Sequence record: PQ015378.1
Direction: 5' to 3' (one strand)
DNA length: 64,000 nucleotides
The notes beneath the pieces were generated by a model that saw only the letters and a list, made by a program, of their open reading frames with translations, ran no database searches and had not been told where the DNA came from. This document shows positions 55,706-64,000 of this stretch, piece by piece. A program made the translations under genes and the position numbers. The number at the start of each line of letters is the position of its first letter. The stretch's first letter is position 1.

Positions 55706-58201
55706 GTGTATCTTAGACTCGTTAAACTCGAGAAGTATAAACGACTTATGTTGGCAAACATCCAAAGCTTGGAATGGACACCAACAAAGAACCTGATGAT
55801 GATCATCGGGAAGAATGGTTGTGGTAAGTCGTCTCTACTCGCAGAGTTGAGTCCTCTTCCTTCTCACCATACCCAATTCGAGAAAGGTGGTAGCAAGACT
55901 GTACATTGTACTTATAAAGGGTGTACATATGAATTGGTCTCCACTTATGACAAAGGAACCGGTCATCACTCGTTCAAACGCGACGGTGAAGAATTGAACG
56001 AAGGCCGGACTTATCAAGTTCAGCTGGATTTGGTATCCCAGGAATTTAACGGACTCAATGATGACGTCCAAGACATCCTGACTGGGCGGACTAAGTTTTC
56101 TCAGTTGCCAGTAAACAAACGTCGAGATTGGTTGACCAAGATGTCGCCAGTAGATCTCGGTTATGCTTTCCATCTGTTAGCAAAAGTCAACGAAGCGGGT
56201 AAGGCGCAGAAGAACGTAGTTGACCACCTGACCAAACGTCTGTCTAACGAGAACATCGACATGATCGATGCTTCTGAGATGACTCGATTGAAACAGGAAC
56301 GGGAACGGTTGACCGCACGAGTGAATGATCTGTTCCGTCATCGTAACCCAGCTACCAAACAAGGTTGGGCACACGTTCACGCGGCAAAGGACGAACTCAA
56401 TGCAATCATGCATGATGCAAAGATCCTTTTGCGTCAGTATCCACGACTTACCGACTCGGTTCGTGTAAAAGACAAAGGCGAGTTCGCTGATCTCTCTAAC
56501 GAGCGCCTGTCCAAAGTCAAAGCTTCGCAAGCTGTAATTGACCGCCTGATCGAAGAACTGGAAATGGTGAAAGCCACAGCTCCAGAACAAGTCGAGAAGG
56601 TTTCTCCTGAGGACATTCAAGAACTGCGAGATCGTCTCCGTGAACATCAAGACAGTGTTGCACAATCTAAAGCTCGCTGCGAAAGTTACTGCGGCCCTTA
56701 CCCCCTTAGCCCTGTGGGTCTGTTCGGGGACCCCCGTGCAAAACTCGAGGACGCGTTCAACCGGGGATACGAGATCATCCTTACGATCCCGGATAACGCA
56801 ACTGGAGAATATTCAACGGCGAGAGCTCGCGAAGTCCGCGAGAAGCTAGCTGCGGATAAAACGAAACTGCGTAGCATCGAAGAGTTCATTGCAGCGACAA
56901 TGAAACGGATCGCTACTTTGAAAGGTTGTGATCATGTTCAATGCCCTAACTGCTCGCATACGTTCGTACCCGGAGTCGACCCTCTGGACATCCCTCGATT
57001 CGAAGAAAAGCTCAGAGCAGCCTCTGCTGCAGAGAGCTCCGTTCAAACTGAAATCCAGCAAGCTGAGGAATACCTGGAACGATTCACTCATTACGCAGGC
57101 TTCGTCAATACCTTCCAGCAGATTGCACGTGACCACCGGGACTATGATGCAGTATGGTCTCGACTGGTCGGAGATGGTGGCCTTTACCGTAATCCACGAA
57201 ATGCTGGAACTGACTTCATCGCGTGGCACTCTGCCCAAGCAGCACTCGTGGAAGCGGAAATTCACATCGAGCATGCAAAACGGATTGAAGCGCGGCTTGC
57301 CGTAATCGATGCGATCGACTTCGATGCAGCTGGGTTCATGCAACAACGTGCAGCTAAGCTGGAAGAAGAGATCACTGAGATCATCATGCGTCAAACCGTG
57401 ATGCAAGACGAAGCTCTTCGTTACACTCGTTCCGGTGCGGAAGTTGAGAAATACATCCAAGAAGTAACTCGTCTGGTCGAGAGCTACGAACAATGGCGTA
57501 CTCGTTCTATCGCACATGCTGAGTGGTTGATGGACCAAGCGTTCTCCAGTGAGATCGATGAAACCCACCAACGTCTGGCCGTGGTTGGTAACCAACTGCG
57601 AGAAGCTGAACGTCGTGACACTGAAATCAAACTACTGGAGGAAACTGTAGACGATGCAGCAGATGCACATAAAGACTTCCAATTGTTGGCGAAAGCTCTG
57701 TCGCCAAAAGGCGGTCTCATTGGGCAATACCTGCTGGGGTTCTTGCAAGGCGTTACGCAGATCGTCAATGCTGTCGTTGATGAACTGTGGACTTACCCAA
57801 TGGAAGTTCTGCCTTCCAAGATGGATCGTGATGATCTTGATTACAAGTTCCCACTGCGTGTAGCTAACGGTGCGGTTGAAGCAGCTGATATCGATCTGGG
57901 TTCTGACTCCCAGCGTGAAGTTGTTAACCATGCATTCCAAATGGCAATCATGCGGTTCATGGGCTTTGAAGACTTCCCACTACACCTGGATGAATTCGGT
58001 CGTACGTTCGATGAACAACACCGAGCTAACCTGGTTCCATACGTGAGTCGTCTAATCGAGCTGGGTACTTGCCAACAGATCTTCTACATCTCACACTTCG
58101 AATCTACCCATGGTGCTTTCAACCAAGCCGAGTTCGCTGTGCTAGACCCAACCAACATCACAGTCCCCGAGCACTACAACAAAAACGTCGTGATCAAATA
58201 A
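55706..58201 (+). CDS. sbcC: SbcC/Rad50-like SMC ATPase (gp165-like)
   Basis: GKNGCGKSS Walker A, coiled coils, CPNC zinc hook, GSDSQ signature variant, LHLDEFG Walker B. Confidence 0.9.
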   Translation: MYLRLVKLEKYKRLMLANIQSLEWTPTKNLMMIIGKNGCGKSSLLAELSPLPSHHTQFEKGGSKTVHCTYKGCTYELVSTYDKGTGHHSFKRDGEELNEGRTYQVQLDLVSQEFNGLNDDVQDILTGRTKFSQLPVNKRRDWLTKMSPVDLGYAFHLLAKVNEAGKAQKNVVDHLTKRLSNENIDMIDASEMTRLKQERERLTARVNDLFRHRNPATKQGWAHVHAAKDELNAIMHDAKILLRQYPRLTDSVRVKDKGEFADLSNERLSKVKASQAVIDRLIEELEMVKATAPEQVEKVSPEDIQELRDRLREHQDSVAQSKARCESYCGPYPLSPVGLFGDPRAKLEDAFNRGYEIILTIPDNATGEYSTARAREVREKLAADKTKLRSIEEFIAATMKRIATLKGCDHVQCPNCSHTFVPGVDPLDIPRFEEKLRAASAAESSVQTEIQQAEEYLERFTHYAGFVNTFQQIARDHRDYDAVWSRLVGDGGLYRNPRNAGTDFIAWHSAQAALVEAEIHIEHAKRIEARLAVIDAIDFDAAGFMQQRAAKLEEEITEIIMRQTVMQDEALRYTRSGAEVEKYIQEVTRLVESYEQWRTRSIAHAEWLMDQAFSSEIDETHQRLAVVGNQLREAERRDTEIKLLEETVDDAADAHKDFQLLAKALSPKGGLIGQYLLGFLQGVTQIVNAVVDELWTYPMEVLPSKMDRDDLDYKFPLRVANGAVEAADIDLGSDSQREVVNHAFQMAIMRFMGFEDFPLHLDEFGRTFDEQHRANLVPYVSRLIELGTCQQIFYISHFESTHGAFNQAEFAVLDPTNITVPEHYNKNVVIK

Positions 58202-58203
58202 GC

Positions 58204-58221
58204 GCGGGGCTTCGGCCCTGC
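58204..58221 (+). terminator. Intrinsic terminator
   Basis: GCGGGGC-TTCG-GCCCTGC followed by TTTGTTTT. Confidence 0.8.
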
Positions 58222-58237
58222 TTTGTTTTGCATCGAA

Positions 58238-58257
58238 TCTCAGATCTATATTACAGT
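58238..58257 (+). promoter_or_regulatory. Putative early promoter
   Basis: TCTCAGATCTATATTACAGT, identical to 1887. Confidence 0.75.
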
Positions 58258-58281
58258 AGTGAATATTCTGGAGACAAATCA

Positions 58282-58806
58282 ATGTCTGACATCTATACAC
58301 TTCCCGCTTTGGTTAAGTCGTATGGCTTAACTATCGAACAATGGTTCGACCCCAAATGGAACTTCATGAACCCGTGGAAGTTGAAGTACTTCTATCGTGG
58401 TCGTCGAGTTAATCTGATTCGTGGTGAAGGACCTTTGCCTGAACGCTTCGAAGTCAGTGCTGTAAAAGGCCAAGCCAATCGTCCACTCATGTGGGTACAC
58501 AAATGGGAACAACTCACGGTCAGTGAGGAAAACCTGTTGGACTGGATGAATGTCTATGGTAAGACTGACAAACGTTGGTCTGTACTCAATACCTTCGGTG
58601 TCAGTGGTTTTGATGCCTGGGTGGGTGAGAACACCAAGACCGGTCCATCGAAACTGATGTGGCACATCGCCAACACCAAAGCAAAAGACATCCACGATTC
58701 CATGCCTGAGGAACCTGAGTTGGATATACCGTTCCTCGGTAAAGAAGTATCGTGGACTGACCGCGCAATCGCAACTGTAACTGGCATCATCCGTCTTGTG
58801 AGGTAA
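58282..58806 (+). CDS. Hypothetical early protein
   Basis: GGAG RBS before ATG58282; downstream of the promoter. Confidence 0.7.
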   Translation: MSDIYTLPALVKSYGLTIEQWFDPKWNFMNPWKLKYFYRGRRVNLIRGEGPLPERFEVSAVKGQANRPLMWVHKWEQLTVSEENLLDWMNVYGKTDKRWSVLNTFGVSGFDAWVGENTKTGPSKLMWHIANTKAKDIHDSMPEEPELDIPFLGKEVSWTDRAIATVTGIIRLVR

Positions 58807-58808
58807 CA

Positions 58809-59198
58809 ATGGAACGCAACTACTTCGAACAACCCGCTTACCAATTCCGTACTCCCCGCTTCCGAGCAATGGTAGTGCCGGAAAAGGGTCTGTTGATCCA
58901 GACGTGGGTTTGCGCACCCGAAGATACCATGGACCAATCCAAGTGGTTCTACTGCCTTGAAGTCCATCATCCAGATGGCAAGGTAGAGCGTCATTATTAC
59001 CTGGAGCTGGCCCAAGCATTGCTCTATCGTGCACACTGTGCCGGTGAGAAGGTTGCTCTGATCACCATCGATCCACCACAGGATCTGATGGCCATGATGA
59101 ATGGACAGATGGAACGCGTTATCGCACGAGTTGCAGATGACGGTGTTCCCCTGTGGCCAGGCTATTCCCTGCAAGAAGTTCTCAGCATCCGTTCGTGA
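58809..59198 (+). CDS. Hypothetical early protein
   Basis: 129 aa, GAGG RBS. Confidence 0.7.
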   Translation: MERNYFEQPAYQFRTPRFRAMVVPEKGLLIQTWVCAPEDTMDQSKWFYCLEVHHPDGKVERHYYLELAQALLYRAHCAGEKVALITIDPPQDLMAMMNGQMERVIARVADDGVPLWPGYSLQEVLSIRS

Positions 59199-59205
59199 GG
59201 TCTAA

Positions 59206-59400
59206 ATGTCTACATTTGCCGATATGGCTCGCCGCAGTGGTTCCCGTTCTACCGACAAACTGATGGGTTTGATGGAACTCGCAGACCGTGCGCTTAACCG
59301 TGATCCGAATATCGCACAACGGATTACTTCGGTGGAACTCAGCTGGGTGGAGAAAGGTGGTGAACTGCTACCGGAAGTAAAGATGCAATTTAAAGAGTGA
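59206..59400 (+). CDS. Small hypothetical protein, paralogue of 59911..60084
   Basis: GAGG RBS; TDKL...RDP...V.L.W.E...LPEV...FK. Confidence 0.7.
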   Translation: MSTFADMARRSGSRSTDKLMGLMELADRALNRDPNIAQRITSVELSWVEKGGELLPEVKMQFKE

Positions 59401-59419
59401 ATTGAAACTTTTTAAAAGG

Positions 59420-59428
59420 CTATATTAC
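59420..59428 (+). promoter_or_regulatory. Putative early promoter core
   Basis: CTATATTAC in an AT-rich intergenic gap. Confidence 0.6.
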
Positions 59429-59460
59429 TTCTGTGCATAAACCACCAAAAGGATTCACCA

Positions 59461-59709
59461 ATGATTGAATTGATCCAAAACATGGACTGGGTTCTCAAAG
59501 TCACTCTCGGCTTGTGGCTCATCGTCTTCCTACTCCAGATCGGCCTGGGTGCTATCCTGTCGGTGATCGTCCTCGCGATCTCTGCATTGCATCCAGTCAC
59601 TGGCATCATCATGGGTGTGATCAGTGCGATCGCGTGCTGGCTGTTGCTCGTCGGTCGCTGGGTCTTCCTGATCTGGTCATGCTTTATCTTGCTCGGCTAC
59701 CTGTTCTAA
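59461..59709 (+). CDS. Small hydrophobic membrane protein (about 3 TM)
   Basis: 82 aa, almost entirely hydrophobic; AAGGA RBS. Confidence 0.7.
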   Translation: MIELIQNMDWVLKVTLGLWLIVFLLQIGLGAILSVIVLAISALHPVTGIIMGVISAIACWLLLVGRWVFLIWSCFILLGYLF

Positions 59710-59736
59710 ACGTAATCCAATCTAAGGAGTTCCACC

Positions 59737-59904
59737 ATGTCTCGATTCACTGTTAAGCTCGGCCCAGTTAGCTACAACGTCAACACTGGTAAAGTCAACT
59801 TCGACCGCCGGACTATCAAAGGTCAGGCATTGTGGAAACACCTGGCTTACGCAGCCGCAGGTACCATCTGCACAATCGCCCTCGCAAAAGCACTACAGGA
59901 CTAA
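59737..59904 (+). CDS. Small protein with C-terminal TM (55 aa, not in the ORF track)
   Basis: AAGGAG RBS; MSRFTVKLGPVSYNVNTGKV...AYAAAGTICTIALAKALQD. Confidence 0.7.
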   Translation: MSRFTVKLGPVSYNVNTGKVNFDRRTIKGQALWKHLAYAAAGTICTIALAKALQD

Positions 59905-59910
59905 AACGAA

Positions 59911-60084
59911 ATGGTCGCATCCAAAGGTACTGACAAACTCCGCCTCCTGACTGAAGCTGCACAGGAAGCAGTTCGTCGTGATCCAGCCTTGCTGGACAAG
60001 CTGGCAGAAGTCAAGCTCACCTGGCGTGAACCTCATAGCAGTGATGCCGGTCCTCTGCCGGAAGTCTGCATCCGCTTCAAGTAA
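59911..60084 (+). CDS. Small protein (57 aa, not in the ORF track), paralogue of 59206..59400
   Basis: AGGA RBS; MVASKGTDKLRLLTEAAQEAVRRDPALLDKLAEVKLTWREPHSSDAGPLPEVCIRFK. Confidence 0.7.
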   Translation: MVASKGTDKLRLLTEAAQEAVRRDPALLDKLAEVKLTWREPHSSDAGPLPEVCIRFK

Positions 60085-60120
60085 CACCTAACCTTCAAAA
60101 TCGTAAAACGGAGATACACC

Positions 60121-60282
60121 ATGAAACTGTCCACCATCCTGAAAGCAGCAGCAGTAATCGGCGTCGGCTACCTGGCCTACCAAGCACTCACCGGTGGCGA
60201 AGGCGAAGTCGAAATCCCAGAAGCACCGGCGGTACCTGAGCTTCCAGCTCCGGAAGACGTCATCGTCGAGCAGTCTGCCTAA
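60121..60282 (+). CDS. Small membrane protein with Glu/Pro-rich tail (53 aa, not in the ORF track)
   Basis: GGAG RBS; MKLSTILKAAAVIGVGYLAYQALTGGEGEVEIPEAPAVPELPAPEDVIVEQSA. Confidence 0.7.
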   Translation: MKLSTILKAAAVIGVGYLAYQALTGGEGEVEIPEAPAVPELPAPEDVIVEQSA

Positions 60283-60290
60283 CGGCATAT

Positions 60291-60316
60291 TGCCCCCTCC
60301 TTAACGGGAGGGGGCA
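60291..60316. terminator. Hairpin between convergent genes
   Basis: TGCCCCCTCC...GGAGGGGGCA; GGCATA on the left. Confidence 0.75.
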
Positions 60317-60332
60317 GTGGCATGATTTTCTT

Positions 60333-60860
<528 letters not shown>

Positions 60861-60867
60861 TCATAAG

Positions 60868-61419
60868 ATGTTCTCGTTTATCCGTAGTAAATACAGGGCC
60901 TGGACAGTTCGTAACAAGTTGGAGCGTTACGAGGCTCTCATCGAGGACATCGATGGGGGCAACTGTAAACCTGAAGAGTTCGCCCTCAAGCTCAAAGAGT
61001 TCTGGCGGTTGTTTGATATGGAGTTGCTGAACGATCTCTCCGTTCGCGACGTCATGGGTCACCAAGTGTTACTGCGCCACCGCACGTTCGGTCAGTTGTT
61101 CCATCTGTTTGTTGATGCGAACGACGCCATCGCCAAAGAAGAAGACTCTCGTATCGAGTACGTCACTCGTACGGGAATGGGTCAACAGGCAGATGTAGAT
61201 CTGGAGTCGTACTTCCAAGATCCGCAAGAAGGCTACCTGACGATCCGTGAGTGTTTCGACCGTATTCGTCTGTTGCTGATTGCCCATTGTGGGATCACCG
61301 AAAACATCGAAGGCACTTACGGCCAACGCAAAATGCTTCATGTGTATTACGACATCCTCCAACTCTCGGATGTCATCCTCGACGTCATCGAACAGAAGGA
61401 GTTCACTGACACTCAATAA
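60868..61419 (+). CDS. Conserved hypothetical protein
   Basis: GGAG RBS before ATG60868. Confidence 0.7.
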   Translation: MFSFIRSKYRAWTVRNKLERYEALIEDIDGGNCKPEEFALKLKEFWRLFDMELLNDLSVRDVMGHQVLLRHRTFGQLFHLFVDANDAIAKEEDSRIEYVTRTGMGQQADVDLESYFQDPQEGYLTIRECFDRIRLLLIAHCGITENIEGTYGQRKMLHVYYDILQLSDVILDVIEQKEFTDTQ

Positions 61420-61470
61420 CCCGCACTGCAACGCCAAACTTCAACAAACTCACCGTAGGTGTAACGCAAC

Positions 61471-62220
61471 ATGGAATCCGTAAAAGATCTGCTGTCAGAT
61501 CCACTCAAAGGCAAGAACCATGCACAAGGCGTACTGTGCTTCCTCTTTCGTGAAGTACTACTCTGGCGTCGTGTTAACACGATCGTCTGGAACAAACGTC
61601 TGAATGCGTTCTTCGAGAAACCGCACAACCAAGAGAAGCCGGACAAAGGTAACCTGAACAAGGCCCTGTTGAACGACGACTTGCCGTGGGCTGGTTTCAA
61701 GAAGGCTATCGATTTCCTGTCTCCCCTGGAGGCGAAATTGCACATGGCCTTCACTTGGAGTGACGGGCGAACTGTGGAATACGAAATCGTAGTTGATCCA
61801 GCTGCGAACGAGAAGACGCATTACGCGGACGTTCTCACGTACGACACGAGCAAAGTGTTCGCTTCTGCAAAGAAACCAATCGGTACACTGGCATACCTCT
61901 ACCGCCACATCGTGGACAAAGAAGTGCCAGACTCCGAACAGTGGGACAAACTGTTCCAGGAGTATGCCGACAATCCAATCAACAACTACGGGGTTAAGAA
62001 AGCGGAACTTAACTCCAACGTAAGTCAGCTCCGTCGGGGCTTGATGGAAAACAAACTGTCGTGGAACCAGTTCCGCCGCGGTATCCTGCTGTTGAAACCA
62101 CAGAAGGAAGTATATACCCTCAAGCTGAAATGGACTGACGATCCAGTAATGCTGAAGAGCATGCCGGATGATAAGTTCTCTGCTGAAATCGTGAACCAAT
62201 ACACAGGAGTAGAAGCATGA
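61471..62220 (+). CDS. Conserved hypothetical protein with an internal domain duplication
   Basis: 249 aa; two similar halves of about 100 aa. Confidence 0.7.
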   Translation: MESVKDLLSDPLKGKNHAQGVLCFLFREVLLWRRVNTIVWNKRLNAFFEKPHNQEKPDKGNLNKALLNDDLPWAGFKKAIDFLSPLEAKLHMAFTWSDGRTVEYEIVVDPAANEKTHYADVLTYDTSKVFASAKKPIGTLAYLYRHIVDKEVPDSEQWDKLFQEYADNPINNYGVKKAELNSNVSQLRRGLMENKLSWNQFRRGILLLKPQKEVYTLKLKWTDDPVMLKSMPDDKFSAEIVNQYTGVEA

Positions 62221-62600
62221 CCAAGGTACTGAACCTCGATGATATCAACCGGGACAATCCGTTCTCGTTTGATAACCTCACGCCGAAACAAACGGCTACA
62301 GGGCTCCGGTTCAACACGTATCGTGGGTTGAGGATGTATCTGATCACCGGGTCGAAAGACACCGCGTGGTTGCATGCGAAGTATCCCCATGACTTCACCC
62401 CCCTGTACCAAAAGGAAGCACCGTGGGTCTACATCAAAGACCTGCGGGAGATCCTGCTGGAATCCCTGAAGCGTGACATCGCCAGTCGTCGTCTGATTGG
62501 CCTGGTTGCAAACCGCAAAACGCAAGTCGTCACCAATGACACCAGTGAGCTGGGTCAGATGTGGCACTCTGTGGTTAGCGAGGTTGTGAAAGGTCTGTAA
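62217..62600 (+). CDS. Conserved hypothetical protein
   Basis: 127 aa, ATGA-coupled. Confidence 0.7.
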   Translation: MTKVLNLDDINRDNPFSFDNLTPKQTATGLRFNTYRGLRMYLITGSKDTAWLHAKYPHDFTPLYQKEAPWVYIKDLREILLESLKRDIASRRLIGLVANRKTQVVTNDTSELGQMWHSVVSEVVKGL

Positions 62601-62606
62601 GCAAAC

Positions 62607-62628
62607 GGCTCTCCCTTCGGGGAGAGCC
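62607..62628 (+). terminator. Hairpin with TTCG loop followed by CTATGCC
   Basis: GGCTCTCCC-TTCG-GGGAGAGCC. Confidence 0.75.
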
Positions 62629-62674
62629 CTATGCCAGATCTTATGATCCATATTTTTTTTTCAAGGAGCGCAAA

Positions 62675-63787
62675 ATGGCAGCCTTAGCTTTACCGTCATT
62701 CCTGGGTTCACCCGAGGATGCAACGAAAGTTGTAGACGCATACGGCGAAACAAGTTCAGAACAACGCAGTGCCCTGTCATCCAAGATTGATTCGTTCACA
62801 TCTGGCTTGGGAGACGTTTTCGACAAAGCGGTCGGCATCACCAAGGGTATCGGAGAAAAGCTCCGTACGAACGTTGTAGACCTCCCCTCGGCTATGAAAC
62901 GTATTGACCGTGCACTCAAGGGTTCACGTACAGATATCGTGAGTCTCGCTAAGTCAACTGAGAAGTTGATCATGGGTGAACTGACTGGTACTGATGCCAA
63001 CACCAACTACGTGAAGACAGCTACCGACGTAGCTCGTGGTTTGGAGTTGATGACTTCAGACGGCAAACAACTGATCGACTCGTTCAAGAACGGAGGCTAT
63101 GATCAAGTCTCGGCAATGGTTGGGTTCATTGGTGACCTAACTAACAACCCAGCAATCAAACTGTTTGATCTGGGGGCGGAAGCAGCAGTACTACGGGGCG
63201 TCCTCGATGAAGTCAGTTCGTGGGGTATCCCGCAGCTGGTAGATGACGTTCTCAAACAACAACCCGATCGCACGAAGTATGCGGTCATCAAGCGTTCGGC
63301 TTCTCGTATCTCCGCATCGAGTTCGTTGGATGTACTCCTTGCTTACGCTAAGGTGAACAACTCCACGCAGATCGGATGCAAAGCGGGCACCGGGGGAGAG
63401 AATAAAGATGATGAAGGCAATCTTATTCCATGTGAACCCATTTACGGAAACCTGGGAGCAGGCGCACTACAAGCTGCAGTACCAGACTTCGCAACTAAAG
63501 TCCTCTCTAACTTTGCATTTGTTGATGGCATTACCCCTGGTGATTATCCATCTCAACTGGCTAAGCTCGAAGAACTTCTGAACCTGTTGAAACCCGATTG
63601 GTTCTGGACTCGTCGTGGTACACAGGCCGTATGGAACCTGGGACCTATCGCGCAGGCCTCAGAAGACGCTGTGAAGCTGTTCCTGTCTTCGGACAAGTAT
63701 CGCAACGCCATGCTGACTGCGCCGTTCTATCAGCCTCTCCGTATCGATGAGCTGGTTAACACGATGTATCCACTTACCACGGACTAA
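62675..63787 (+). CDS. Putative virion structural protein (gp174-like)
   Basis: 370 aa, AAGGAG RBS; P.FL.......VVDAY N-terminus; synteny. Confidence 0.7.
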   Translation: MAALALPSFLGSPEDATKVVDAYGETSSEQRSALSSKIDSFTSGLGDVFDKAVGITKGIGEKLRTNVVDLPSAMKRIDRALKGSRTDIVSLAKSTEKLIMGELTGTDANTNYVKTATDVARGLELMTSDGKQLIDSFKNGGYDQVSAMVGFIGDLTNNPAIKLFDLGAEAAVLRGVLDEVSSWGIPQLVDDVLKQQPDRTKYAVIKRSASRISASSSLDVLLAYAKVNNSTQIGCKAGTGGENKDDEGNLIPCEPIYGNLGAGALQAAVPDFATKVLSNFAFVDGITPGDYPSQLAKLEELLNLLKPDWFWTRRGTQAVWNLGPIAQASEDAVKLFLSSDKYRNAMLTAPFYQPLRIDELVNTMYPLTTD

Positions 63788-63789
63788 AT

Positions 63790-64000
63790 ATGAAAGCGAT
63801 CTTGGTTATGGGTAATCCGACGTATATCGGTACTCCGGTTGCAAAGAAGTATTACGCCGACATCATTAAGTTCGTTCAGAAACTGGGAGTTGACATAACA
63901 ACGGACCCTGGTGCAGAGTATACGTGTCCACCGAGGGCAGACTTCTATATCGCTCACTCGAAAGGGTGCGATCGCCAGCGTTGTGCAATCTCTCGGGGAC
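63790..64000 (+). CDS. Hypothetical protein, truncated by the window end
   Basis: MKAILVMGNP...FYIAHSKG (weak resemblance to an alpha/beta-hydrolase nucleophile elbow). Confidence 0.55.
   Translation, partial: MKAILVMGNPTYIGTPVAKKYYADIIKFVQKLGVDITTDPGAEYTCPPRADFYIAHSKGCDRQRCAISRG

Overview
This is a 64 kb segment of a phiKZ-like (Chimalliviridae-type) jumbo phage genome. It is syntenic, from recall rather than a search, with roughly phiKZ gp120-gp174. It contains the C-terminal part of the major capsid gene, a non-virion RNAP beta fragment, baseplate and portal genes, a run of paralogous tail-fibre genes, two 2OG-Fe(II)-dioxygenase-fold genes, RuvC, a spanin/holin/endolysin lysis cluster, collagen/GKSAY-repeat fibres, a virion RNAP beta fragment, UvsX, RNase H, four tandem internal-head paralogues, a PAAR plus spike pair, SbcC and an early small-gene cluster. 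No tRNA, CRISPR, IS, intron, intein or reverse transcriptase was recognised. The most interesting signals are three candidate translational-recoding sites in virion genes that the ORF track misses. (1) UGA-A readthrough would add a repeat-containing 29-aa tail to the major capsid protein. (2) A C-CCA-AAG -1 slippery site just before the stop of an internal head protein gene would append a ParB-like domain behind a prohead-protease-like S-V-E site. (3) A lambda-type G-GGA-AAG -1 site is needed to join the natural N-terminus of a tail-fibre gene to its body; a sequencing error is a real alternative here. A recurrent CATA-[GC hairpin]-TATG intergenic element and an extended 20-nt early promoter motif are also described. 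All homology calls come from recalled motifs and synteny and have not been confirmed by database search.
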